Shown: positions 50,168 to 59,102 of the stretch, piece by piece
How positions within the stretch are numbered: position 1 is the stretch's first letter
How the letters are laid out: the number at the start of each line of letters is the position of its first letter
Assembly: GCA_963779375.1 (NCBI GenBank)
Contig: CAVZXW010000020.1
Location: forward strand, 38,762 to 102,761
Direction: 5' to 3'
Length of the DNA: 64,000 nucleotides
Source of the DNA: an uncultured Chloroflexia bacterium
GTDB lineage: Bacteria > Chloroflexota > Limnocylindria > Limnocylindrales > CSP1-4
The notes under the pieces: model-generated
What the model was told of the DNA's origin: nothing
Databases searched by the model: none
The model's input: the letters and a program-made list of their open reading frames with translations, nothing else
Made by a program: the position numbers and the translations under genes

Positions 50168-50908
50168 TCAGTCCCAGGTATCGCCCCTGACCCCACGCAG
50201 GTGCGACACGTCGTTCGCGACGAGGAGGCGCGCGCCGGTGCCATGGTCGGGGTCGAACTGGAGGACCGTGAGGTTCGCCGGTGCCTGGATGAACCTTCGC
50301 CGATAGTCGCGCAGGGGGACGCCCATCGCAAGGCAGAGCAGCACGCGATTGGTGGACGAATGGGCGACCACGAGCACTCGGGGGTCGCCAGTGCCGGGCG
50401 GCGAACCCGTCGCACCCGGTGCGTCCGCCGGGGCCGGCCCCCCCGTCGCGCCCGCGGCGTCCGCCGCACCCGGCGCATCCGCTGCCCCCGACGACCAGGC
50501 GACCAATTGGTCGAGAAACGACCCGACCCGTTCCGCCACCTGCGCGCCCGACTCACCGCCGGGGCAGGGCAGACCGGCGGGGTCGTCCTCCCATCGCCGT
50601 CGGGCCGGTCCGTCGGACGCCTCGATCTCCGCGTACGTGAGCCCTTCCCACCGGCCGTAATCCATCTCGAGGAGGCGCCGGTCCGTTTCGGCCTCCGTCC
50701 CGGGGGTCACGAGCGCGGCCGTCTCGCGCGACCGGCGCAACGGACTGGTGATGATCCGGTGGAACGGGAGGCCTGCGAGCCTGGTACCGAGCGCCGACGC
50801 GGCGGCCCGGCCCTCGTCGGAGAGCGGCAGGTCCAGGCGCTGGCCCAGGTGCTGCTCGGGATCGGAACGCGGCGTCGAGCCGTGGCGGGTGAGAACGAGC
50901 GTCAGCAT
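50168..50908 (-). CDS. Histidine phosphatase (phosphoglycerate mutase-like) family protein with an Ala/Gly/Pro insert
   Basis: ORF 50168..50974 trimmed to ATG 50908. LVLTRHGST (RHG motif), SPLRRSRETA, VVAHSS. Confidence 0.85.
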   Translation of the reverse strand: MLTLVLTRHGSTPRSDPEQHLGQRLDLPLSDEGRAAASALGTRLAGLPFHRIITSPLRRSRETAALVTPGTEAETDRRLLEMDYGRWEGLTYAEIEASDGPARRRWEDDPAGLPCPGGESGAQVAERVGSFLDQLVAWSSGAADAPGAADAAGATGGPAPADAPGATGSPPGTGDPRVLVVAHSSTNRVLLCLAMGVPLRDYRRRFIQAPANLTVLQFDPDHGTGARLLVANDVSHLRGVRGDTWD

Positions 50909-50975
50909 GCGCCGGACTGTATCGCCGACGGGTGACCAGCGCCTGCGGTATCCTGCCCGGGCAGGCACGAACACG

Positions 50976-51130
50976 CCTCTACTTCGGGGTTGGGTGAAAT
51001 TCCCGACCGGTGGTCGGCGGACCGTCGCCAGCCGTGCCGCCAGCCCACGACCCGGCGCCGCGAGTCGGCGACGGTGGATTCCCTGGCAGGGAGCCGACGG
51101 TCACAGTCCGGATGGGAGAAGGGAGGCGCC
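50976..51130 (+). promoter_or_regulatory. FMN riboswitch (RFN element)
   Basis: CTTCGGGGTTGGGTGAAATTCCCGACCGGTGGT...AGCCCACGACCCGG...GACGGTGGATTCCC...GAGCCGACGGTCACAGTCCGGATGGGAGAAGGGAGG matches the conserved RFN blocks block-for-block as I recall them (for example the B. subtilis rib leader). P1 pairs GCCTCTACTTC with GAAGGGAGGC. Confidence 0.85.
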
Positions 51131-51239
51131 GTGGATCGCGCGGCGCACGGCCGCTCGCGGCGCCGTCGACACGCGCTCCGCCGCCCCGTTCGCCTCCGGC
51201 CCCCGATCCGCGACGCGCGCACAGCACAGGAGTGCAGTC

Positions 51240-52136
51240 ATCCGCTGGACCAGCATCTCGATCCGGGACGTCACGCGGTCAGCTTCGCCGTCGGGCGACG
51301 GCGCGCGCCTCGTCGCGCGCTCGACGACGTCTCGTTCGAGGTGGCGCGAGCGGCAGATCGTGGCCGTCGTCGGCCCCAACGGGTGCGGCAAGAGCACGCT
51401 GCTGCGGCTGTCATCGCGGGCTCCTGCCGCCCGACGCCGGGACGGTCGAGCTCGACGGGCACGCCGGTCACGGACCGGATCCGCGGGTGGGGTTCGTGTT
51501 CCAGGAGCCGCGCCTGCTGCCGTGGCGCGATCGCCGCTGGAGAACGTCGCCTTCCCGCTCGAGCTTGCCGGCTGGACCGCGACGCACGGCGCGAGGAACG
51601 GGTGCGCGAGCTGCTCGGCCTGGTGGACCTGCCGGGTTCGCCAGCGCGCGCCCCCATCGAGCTCTCGGGCGGCATGCGCCAGCGCGTCGGCGATCGCCCG
51701 CGCGCTCGCCCTCGGCCCGTCCGTCCTCCTGCTCGACGAGCCGTTCAGCGCGCTCGATGCGCTGACCCGCGAGCGGTTCGACCTCGAGCTGCTGCGCCTC
51801 TGGGAGCGCACGGACACGACGATCGTGCTGGTCACGCACAGCATCTCCGAGGCGGTGTTCCTGGCCGACCGCGTGCTCGTGCTGTCGCCGCGCCCGGGCC
51901 ACGTGGTCGCGGAGATCCCCGTGTCACTGGACCGTGCGGACCGCGAGCCGGACATCGACACGCTCGCGCCGGACGAGCCGCGGCGGTCTCCCGCCGCCAC
52001 CTGCGGCCGCCGCCGACGATCCGACTCCCGCGGACTCGACCGCGAGCCGGCCGAGCCGCCGGGCACGACAGGTCCGATCGGGACTCGGCGTCGACGGCGC
52101 GGTTCGACCCGTTCGGCCGGGAGGCGCTGGCCATGA
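51240..52136 (+). pseudogene. ABC transporter ATP-binding protein (NitT/TauT, ThiZ-like); multiple frame changes
   Basis: ISIRDVT, ALDDVSFEV, IVAVVGPNGCGKSTLLRL, LLPPDAGTVELDG, RVGFVFQEPRLLPW, ELSGGMRQRV and LLLDEPFSALD...IVLVTHSISEA are spread over three frames. TGA 52134-36 overlaps the next ATG. The start is approximate. Confidence 0.8.
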
Positions 52137-52914
52137 GGGCCGCCCGTCCCCGGATCGCCCGGCTGGCGCCTCGCGCCGAGTGGCCGCGGCGGCGGCCGTC
52201 TTCGTCGGTCGCTGGAAGCTGCTCGTCGTGCGTGGGCGGCTACCCCCGTTCATCCTGCCCGCCCCCGAGGTCGTCGCCGGCCGGTTCGTCTCGGCGTGGG
52301 CGGACAGGCACCATCGAGCCGCACGCCGCGACGACTGCTCGAGGAGGCGCTGGGGCTCGCTCGTCGGCGCGGCCTGCGGCGCTCGTCGCTCGGGTATCGT
52401 GCTGGCGCGCTCGCGGCTCGCCGAGCAGGTGCTCTCGCCGTACTTCGTGGCGGCGCAGGCGACGCCGATCCTGGCCCTCGCGCCGCTCATCGTCCTGTGG
52501 TTCGGGACGGGCCTCGTGAGCAAGGTCGTCATCTGCGCCCTGATCGTGTTCTTCCCGGTCGCGGTCGCGACGATGGTCGGCGTCCGCTCGGTCGACCGGC
52601 GGCTGCTCGAGATGGCCGCAGCCGTTCCGCGCCACCCGCTGGCAGCTCCTGCCGTGCGTGGAGGTCCCGGCGGCGCTGCCCGCGATCCTGGGCGGCATGC
52701 GCGTGGGCGTGACGCTCGCCGTCGTCGGCGCCATCGTCGGCGAGTGGGCCGGCGGCGGACAGCGGCCTCGGCGTCCTCATCAACCTGGCCCGCGGCAGCC
52801 TGTTCGACACCCCGCTGATGTTCGCCACGCTGCTGACGATCGCCCTGCTGGGCGTCGGCCTGTACCTCCTCGTCGTCCTCGTGGAGCGCCGCCTCGTCGG
52901 CGTCCGCGGCGTGA
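52133..52914 (+). pseudogene. ABC transporter permease (TauC/ThiX-like); multiple frame changes
   Basis: PPFILPAPEVVAGRFVSAW, TIEPHAATTLLE, LSPYFVAAQATPILALAPLIVLWFGTGLVSKVVICALIVFFPV, EVPAALPAILGGMRVGVTLAVVGAIVGEW and MFATLLTIALLGVGLYLLV lie in different frames. The end is approximate. Confidence 0.75.
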
Positions 52915-52927
52915 CGCGTCGTCGGAG

Positions 52928-54088
52928 GTGCGCATCACGCCCGTCGGGCTACGGCGCGACCGGCGCCGTGCTCGCATCGTCCGTGCCGGTCGCGTGGCGC
53001 GCTGGCCGGAGTGCGCTCGCCTGCCGATCCGGCGCACGGGGGTCGGCGGCGCGAGCGCGTCGGGCGCCATCTCGTCGCCGGCCGTGTCGGGCCCGTCACG
53101 TCCGGCGTCGAGCGGCCGCGTCACCCGGCGGATCCGCCGGCTCGTCGTCGCCGGCGCGTCGGGCCCGCTGACGCAGCTGACCGTGGGCCTGGGCTACATC
53201 CCGAGCGTCCAGTTCGCGCAGTTCTACTACGCCCAGCAGCAGGGCTACTACCGCGACGCCGGCCTCGACGTCACGTTCCAGAACAAGATCGACCCCGACC
53301 TCGTCGACGCTCGTCGGCCAGGGCGCGATCGACGTCGGGATCGCCGATGGCACGAGCGTCATCCCCGCCGTCAGCCAGGGCATCCCGATCCGGTACGTGG
53401 CGACGATCTACGGCAGTTCCCCAACATCGTCTTCGCCAAGGCGAGCTCGGGGATCACCACCGCCGCCGGCCTGAAGGGCAAGAAGGATCGGCACGCCCGG
53501 GCAAGTACGGCAGCTCGCTGGATCATGCTGCAGGCGCTGCTGCGTCGGCCCAGCTGACGCCCGAGCGACGTGCAGGTCGTGCTGTATCCGGACTACGGCC
53601 AGGCCGTCGCGGTGGCACAGGGCGCGGTCGACGCGGCCACGGGCTTCACCAACAACGAGCCGGTCCAGCTCCAGCTCACAGGGCAGCAGGACGACGGAAC
53701 TCCACGTGGACCAGGCCACGCCCCTCCCCGGACCGGGCCTCATCGTCGGCACGAAGACGATCGCCGCCAAGGGCACGCCCTGCGCGCGTTCGTGGCCGCC
53801 ACGCTGCGGGCGATGAAGGACATCATGGCCGACCCGCAGAAGGGCCTCGACGCGGCCATCGAAGCAGGTCCCGGAGCTCGCGTCGCAGCAGGCGCTGCAG
53901 ATGACGATCCTCAAGGCGACGATCGCGACGTGGAGAGCCCCTACACTCAGGCGCACGGGCTGGGAGCGATCGACCCGGCGGCATGGCAGTCCTCGCTGAC
54001 GTTCATGTCGTCCCTCCCCGAGCACCTCGTGCCGAACCCGGTGACGGTGGGACAGCTGATCGACACGAGCCTGTTGCCGGGCAGCTGA
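52928..54088 (+). pseudogene. NMT1/THI5-family (ThiY/RibY-like) substrate-binding protein; multiple frame changes
   Basis: LTVGLGYIPSVQFAQFYYAQQQGYYRDAGLDVTF, GAIDVGIADGTSVIPAVSQGIPIRYVATIY, FPNIVFAKASSGITTAAGLKGKK, VVLYPDYGQAVAVAQGAVDAATGFTNNEP and ...GLGAIDPAAWQSSLTFM lie in different frames. The start is approximate. Confidence 0.78.
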
Positions 54089-54207
54089 TCCGGCGGGAGT
54101 CCGCACGGGCCGTTCCGGCTGCAGATCAGCGTGGCAGGCCGGACCGCACGGACCGTGCGGCGGCAGATCAGCCTGGCAGGTGCGGACCGCACGGAGCCGG
54201 CGGCAGA

Positions 54208-55176
54208 TCAGCGCTGCCGCCGAGCCCGCGGGGCCTCGCTCCGTCGGAGGCGCGTCTCCCGCTCCGCCAGCCGCCGGGCAGCGGCCATCACGTGCTCCAC
54301 GAGGATCGCATTGGTCACGGGCCCGACGCCGCCGGGCACCGGCGTGATGGCGCCCGCGACGGTACACGCGCTGTCGGCGTCGACATCCCCGACGATCCGG
54401 CCGTCCACGACGTTGATCCCGATGTCGACGACGGTCGCGCCCGGTTTCAGCATCGAGCCGGTCACCAGCCCCGGCGATCCCGCCGCGACGACCAGGACGT
54501 CGGCCCGGCGCGTGTAGCTGGCCAGGTCCCGCGTCCGCGTATGGCAGATCGTCACCGTGCAGTGGCGACGGAGGAGGAGCTGCGCGACCGGTCGACCGAC
54601 GACGTTGCTTCGGCCGATGACGACGGCGTCGAGCCCCTCCAGGCTCCTCCCGGCACGGTCGAGGATCTCCGCCGCCGCCTGGGCCGTGGCAGGGGCGAAC
54701 GCGTCGTGACCCATCGCGAGCCTGCCTGCGCTGACCGGCGTGATCCCGTCCACGTCCTTGCCGGGGTCGAGGGCGTCCACGACGTCGCCGAGCGAGAGCG
54801 GGCGAGGAAACGGCTGCTGGACGATCACGCCCGAGATGTCCGGGTCCTCGGACAGCTCCCGGAGCTGCTGCCTGACCCGTGCGACGGAACTCCGGCCGTC
54901 GAGCCGGATCTCTCGGAGCTCGATCCCCACGCGCGTGCATGTCCGCAGGATCTGGCGGGCGTACACCTCGAATGCCGGGCTCGTTCCCAGCCGCAGGACC
55001 GCCAGGGCCGGGGCCCGGCCATGATGCCGGCGGAATGCCTCGACATCGCGCGCCACGCGGTCGCGGATCTCGGCCGCGACCGGGCCGCCCGCCAGGACGT
55101 GCGGCCCCACCCGGTCGCCCGGGATCGGACTGTCGGCGGCCGCCGTCTCCGGCGCGGGATCCGAAGTGGCCGTCAC
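54208..55176 (-). CDS. folD: Bifunctional methylene-THF dehydrogenase / methenyl-THF cyclohydrolase
   Basis: Intact 322-aa ORF. DVDGITP, VVIGRSNVVGRPVAQLLL, TVTICHTRT, TPVPGGVGPVT. Confidence 0.93.
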   Translation of the reverse strand: MTATSDPAPETAAADSPIPGDRVGPHVLAGGPVAAEIRDRVARDVEAFRRHHGRAPALAVLRLGTSPAFEVYARQILRTCTRVGIELREIRLDGRSSVARVRQQLRELSEDPDISGVIVQQPFPRPLSLGDVVDALDPGKDVDGITPVSAGRLAMGHDAFAPATAQAAAEILDRAGRSLEGLDAVVIGRSNVVGRPVAQLLLRRHCTVTICHTRTRDLASYTRRADVLVVAAGSPGLVTGSMLKPGATVVDIGINVVDGRIVGDVDADSACTVAGAITPVPGGVGPVTNAILVEHVMAAARRLAERETRLRRSEAPRARRQR

Positions 55177-55832
55177 TCCGACTCGGGCTCACGGAGGCGC
55201 TCGGCGCCGACCCGCTCGCGAACGCGCGCCGCCAGGTCCTCGAGCGTGGCGATGAGCCGCATCACCTCGTCCGTCGCCTGACCGGCGAACGCCTCGTCCC
55301 CCGCCGACGGGAGGTTGATGAGCACGTTGGCCGCCGCCCCGCGGCCTGCCGCCTCGGCCAGGAGGGCAGCCACGTTGATGTCGCTCGAGGCGTTGAGGTT
55401 GCTGCGGCCGGCCATCGCCTCGACCTCCGCGGCGAGATCGACGCACTGCCGGACGACCTCGAGCGGGGCCTCGGCGGCGCGTCGAGCCGCGGCGTGGATC
55501 GCGTCCGTCCGCGCCGCCTGCTGCTCCGCCGTCTCGCGCGGGAGCTTGATGGCGGCTGCGTACCCGGCATACGCGTGCGCGTCGCGGTCGGCGAGCTCGA
55601 GGAACCGCGGGGCCGCCTGCTCGGCGAACGTGAGGGCGCGACGGTGCGTGGCCTCGTATGCCGCGTACTTCGGCCGGTCGAGCGAGAGCCGCGCGACCAT
55701 CGCGAGGAGACCGGCCGAGAAGCTCGCCGCGATCGCCGATGCCGAACCCCCACCCGGCACGGGCTCGGGGGACGAGAGACGGTCGAGGAACGCGCGGATC
55801 GTGAGGCCGGCAAACGGTTCCGATGATGTCAT
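55173..55832 (-). CDS. Formimino-THF cyclodeaminase-family protein (FtcD C-terminal domain type)
   Basis: Last 219 aa of ORF 55173..56078. FLDRLSSPEPVPGGGSASAIAASFSAGLLAMVARLS...NLNASSDINVAALLAEAA. The stop overlaps the folD GTG. Confidence 0.88.
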   Translation of the reverse strand: MTSSEPFAGLTIRAFLDRLSSPEPVPGGGSASAIAASFSAGLLAMVARLSLDRPKYAAYEATHRRALTFAEQAAPRFLELADRDAHAYAGYAAAIKLPRETAEQQAARTDAIHAAARRAAEAPLEVVRQCVDLAAEVEAMAGRSNLNASSDINVAALLAEAAGRGAAANVLINLPSAGDEAFAGQATDEVMRLIATLEDLAARVRERVGAERLREPESE

Positions 55833-55917
55833 CGGCGCGATTGTCGCACCAGGGACCGTCGATGGTGGCCCGATCGAGTCGCTATCCGGCGTCCTCGCGG
55901 TTCCCACCCGTTTCCGA

Positions 55918-56229
55918 TCAGGCGGCGCGGGCGAGCCCGTGCTGCGGGAATGCTGCGAGAGCGCCCGACCCGGCGGTGGACTCCACTCCTTCCACGACCC
56001 AGCGACGAGCGCGGTGCCGGTACACGAGGGCGTACCGTCCCGCCTCCGTGCGCACCTCGAACACGGTTCGAGGACCAAGCGCCGCGGAGTAGGCGGCGGA
56101 CTCCCGCCGAACGCGCGTGACGGCCAGAACCGGGATCACCTCGTTCGCCATGCGGATGGCGCGCGGCCGCCCATCGAACCAGTCACACCGAACCTGGACC
56201 TCGAGCGGGGAGACGCGGATCATGGTCAT
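55918..56229 (-). CDS. Small hypothetical protein under a double LexA box (possibly DUF6504-like)
   Basis: Last 103 aa of ORF 55918..56415 (MTMIRVSPLEVQVRCDWFDGRPRAIRMANE...FEVRTEAGRYALVY...RWVVEGVE). AAGGAG sits 7 nt upstream of the ATG. The family guess is from memory only. Confidence 0.6.
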   Translation of the reverse strand: MTMIRVSPLEVQVRCDWFDGRPRAIRMANEVIPVLAVTRVRRESAAYSAALGPRTVFEVRTEAGRYALVYRHRARRWVVEGVESTAGSGALAAFPQHGLARAA

Positions 56230-56291
56230 GGGTCGGGCTCCTTCCGGGGCGGTTCCGTCTCTCCGTTCCCGTGGGCACGTCGGCGGCGAGA

Positions 56292-56303
56292 GAACATCTG
56301 TTC
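56292..56303. promoter_or_regulatory. LexA (SOS) box 1: aGAACATCTGTTCt
   Basis: Perfect AGAAC-N4-GTTCT palindrome, ~63 nt upstream of the small ORF start. Confidence 0.75.
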
Positions 56304-56324
56304 TGTTACTCCCCCCATGAAACC

Positions 56325-56345
56325 AGAACGGATGTTCTGTGTCAA
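56325..56345 (-). promoter_or_regulatory. LexA box 2 (AGAACGGATGTTCT) overlapping a TTGACA -35 element
   Basis: The minus strand reads TTGACACAGAACATCCGTTCTGGTTTCAT. This is the same -35/box arrangement as the lexA promoter. Confidence 0.7.
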
Positions 56346-56469
56346 GGGGGTCGCACCCGCTCCGCGAGGAGAAGTTGGCGGCCGGCGGCGTCGCCCACGG
56401 CCGGCGCCCCGGCACGGACTGTTCCGGGACCCTCCGCGGCTCACCGGATCCTCCCGCGAGGGGGCGTGC

Positions 56470-57708
56470 CTACCCGGCGTCGGTGTCGGCCCCTCGCGCC
56501 CGCGGCTTCCGGTCCGGATCACGCTCGAATGGCTCGGGAACGCCAGCGTCGAGGAGCCGGGCACGCGTGACCGCGCGCGGGCCGTATCGACGGCGAATCG
56601 CGTCGACCGCCTCCGCGCGGCGGCGCTGTCGATCCTCCTCGCCGACGGCGAACAGCGCGAGCTGGGACGGCTCGGCCAGGTTTCGTGCCGCGACCCCCAG
56701 CAGCCGCACCCGGATGCCGCGCAGGAGCGGCCGCGCCAGCTCCACGGACGTCCGCCAGATCGGGTCGGCCAGGTCGGTCGGTTCCGCCAGCGACCGTTGT
56801 CGCGTGTGTGTCGTGAACTCGCTGTCGCGCACCTTCACCGCGACCGTTCCCGCCCGGACGCCTGCGGCCCGCAGGCGCGCCGCGACCCCTTCCGACAGCC
56901 CGAGCAGCGTCCGCTCGATGGCCTCCCGGTCGCTCGTGTCCACGTCGAACGTCGTCTCGTGGCTGACGGACTTGGCGTCCTGGGACGACTCGACCGGAGA
57001 CGGGTCGATCCCGCGCGCACGTTCGGCGAGCTGGGCACCGTGCTCGCCGAACCGGCGACGCAGGGCATCCGGGGGGACGGCGGCCAGGTCTCCGATCGTC
57101 CGGACGCCGAAATCGGCCAGCGCAACCCGCGTCTTCTCGCCGACTCCCCACAACCGCCGGATCGGGAGCGGGGCGAGGAACGCGGCCTCTTCGCCGGGCG
57201 GCACGATCACAAGTCCGTCGGGCTTGCGAAGGTCCGACGCGATCTTCGCGACGAGCTTCGTGGAGGCGACTCCCACGGACGCGGTGAGCCCGACCTCCGA
57301 CCGGACGGCCGACTTGATCGCCCGGGCGATCGTCTCCGGTGGTCCGAACAGGCCTTCCGACCCGGCGACGTCGAGGAACGCCTCGTCGATCGAGATCGGT
57401 TCCACGCGCGGCGTGAACCGGCCGAGGATGGCCATCACCTCGCGGCTCGCGGCCAGGTACCGGCTGCCGTCGACGGGCAGGATCACGGCATCGGGACAGA
57501 GGGCCATGGCCGTGCGGAGCGGCATCGCCGAGTGGATGCCGAACTTCCGCGCCTCGTACGACGCGGCGCTCACGACGCCACGGCCGCCATCCGCCCCGCC
57601 CGCGCCGCCGACCACGACCGGCAGCCCCCGCAGCTCCGGGTGATCGCGCTGCTCCACGGCCGCGAAGAACGCATCGAGGTCGACGTGCAGGATCGTTGGC
57701 CGATTCAT
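56470..57708 (-). CDS. dinB: DNA polymerase IV (Y-family)
   Basis: ORF 56470..57816 trimmed to ATG 57708. ILHVDLDAFFAAVEQ, SIDEAFLDV, ASVGVASTKLVAKIASD. Confidence 0.93.
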   Translation of the reverse strand: MNRPTILHVDLDAFFAAVEQRDHPELRGLPVVVGGAGGADGGRGVVSAASYEARKFGIHSAMPLRTAMALCPDAVILPVDGSRYLAASREVMAILGRFTPRVEPISIDEAFLDVAGSEGLFGPPETIARAIKSAVRSEVGLTASVGVASTKLVAKIASDLRKPDGLVIVPPGEEAAFLAPLPIRRLWGVGEKTRVALADFGVRTIGDLAAVPPDALRRRFGEHGAQLAERARGIDPSPVESSQDAKSVSHETTFDVDTSDREAIERTLLGLSEGVAARLRAAGVRAGTVAVKVRDSEFTTHTRQRSLAEPTDLADPIWRTSVELARPLLRGIRVRLLGVAARNLAEPSQLALFAVGEEDRQRRRAEAVDAIRRRYGPRAVTRARLLDAGVPEPFERDPDRKPRARGADTDAG

Positions 57709-57717
57709 CTGGTCGCC

Positions 57718-57790
57718 GGGCGAACCATGGCCGGGCAGGCCGGGCGAACGATGGCCTGGCAGGTCAGGCGAACCATCGCCGGGCGGCCGT
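57718..57790. repeat. ~24-nt x3 tandem repeat filling the spacer between the glycosyltransferase stop and the dinB start
   Basis: gggcgaaccatggccgggcaggcc / gggcgaacgatggcctggcaggtca / ggcgaaccatcgccgggcggccg. Confidence 0.8.
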
Positions 57791-57799
57791 CTCGCGCGC

Positions 57800-59005
57800 T
57801 CATGCCACGAAGTCACCGCGCACGAACATCACGGTCAGCACCCCGAGGAACACCAGCGACAAGGCAATCCACGCCTGGTTGAGGCGGCGCGACCGGCCGG
57901 CCATCGCGAGCACGACGAAGCTGGGAAACAGCACCGCCACGAGGCGAGTCGTGGAGGTGAGCGGAGTCGGGAGCACGCGTGTCGCGATGATGCCGATCTG
58001 GGGAAGGACGTAGAGCGTGTAGCTCGCGGGCAGCAGGCGGATCCCGGCTACGAACAACCCCGAGAACAACAGCAGCGCAGCGAGGTTGACGGCTTCGATC
58101 CCGTCCGGCCGGCCGATGGCCCAGTTCCACGCCAGAACGACGGTCTCCCACGGCCAGTGGGGGTCGAAACCCCAGAGACTCTGTGCCTGGAATGGGGTCT
58201 GCCCGACGGCGATGGCCGTCCACAGGACGTACCCTCCGAAGCCCAGGACGGGCGCGATGGCGGCGGCGATCGGTGCCACGTCCGGCAGGCCGATCCTCGG
58301 CCTGGTGACGCCCGCCCCGTGCCAGCGCCTCCACAGCGCCCGGGCCGCCTCCCAGGCGAGCGGCAGCGCCAGCAGGATCCCCTGCGTCCGGGCCAGCGAG
58401 CCGAGGAGCCCGGCGAGTGCGGCCAGTTCCCAGTCACCACGCCGCGCGGCCAGCAACGCCCACACGGCGCACGCGAGGAAGATCGCCTCGGTGAACGGCG
58501 CGAAGAAGAAGAACGCGGCCGGGAAGATCGACAGGTACATCACCGAGCGGTCGGCCAGCTCGGGATCGAAATCCATCGCGATGAGCTGGCGCATCCCCGT
58601 CAGGGCAACCACGAAGGCGACTCCGTTGATGAGGAGTCCGGCCAGCGCCACGTCGCCAGCTGTCAGCACCGAGATCGCTCGCATGAGCAGCGGCAGCAGC
58701 GGGAAGAACGCGGTGGCGGAGATCCCGGGCTCGTAGCCGTGGACGGCGATCTTCGAATACCAGCAGGCATCCCAGCGTTGCCAGACACCCACGAGCGGGA
58801 AGGCAACTCCCTGGTTGTCCAGAGGCGGGAAGGTCGTCCAGCCATCCCGCGCAAGCTCGAAATGGCAGGGCCCCGGGAGCCCGCCCTGCACGAACAGCAC
58901 GACGGCCAGCAGCCCGAGTGTCACGCGCAGCACGAGCCAGATCCAGGCCGCATCTGCGAGTCCGTCGGGAAGACGGACCCGGAACGCACCGGCGTCGCCG
59001 ATCAT
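57800..59005 (-). CDS. Integral-membrane mannosyltransferase (PIG-V/GT76-like)
   Basis: ORF 57800..59155 with the start provisionally at ATG 59005. Multi-TM, with the WDACWYSKIAVHGY motif typical of this family. Intact. Confidence 0.75.
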   Translation of the reverse strand: MIGDAGAFRVRLPDGLADAAWIWLVLRVTLGLLAVVLFVQGGLPGPCHFELARDGWTTFPPLDNQGVAFPLVGVWQRWDACWYSKIAVHGYEPGISATAFFPLLPLLMRAISVLTAGDVALAGLLINGVAFVVALTGMRQLIAMDFDPELADRSVMYLSIFPAAFFFFAPFTEAIFLACAVWALLAARRGDWELAALAGLLGSLARTQGILLALPLAWEAARALWRRWHGAGVTRPRIGLPDVAPIAAAIAPVLGFGGYVLWTAIAVGQTPFQAQSLWGFDPHWPWETVVLAWNWAIGRPDGIEAVNLAALLLFSGLFVAGIRLLPASYTLYVLPQIGIIATRVLPTPLTSTTRLVAVLFPSFVVLAMAGRSRRLNQAWIALSLVFLGVLTVMFVRGDFVA

Positions 59006-59102
59006 CTCGTGCCTCCGGGCGCGCGTGAAGGTCCGGTGGATCCACGAATAGTCGGGTCTGACGACCGCCCCCGCGGGCCTCACCCGCGGGGCTCCGAGGG
59101 CA

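Noticed and set aside
50976-51130. I first read the GGTGAAATTCC motif as a cobalamin riboswitch. I then considered TPP, because of the ThiY-like transporter.
   Set aside because: There is no B12 box (no GCCACTG or AGYCAGGAGACCTGCC-like block) and no CTGAGA...CCTGATCTGGATAATGCC THI-box. The full set of blocks fits the FMN (RFN) element instead.
57718-57790. The three CGAAC motifs upstream of dinB as LexA boxes.
   Set aside because: Each lacks the GTTC half-site 4 nt downstream (CGAACCATGGCC). The true palindromic boxes are at 56292-56338 and 61520-61531.
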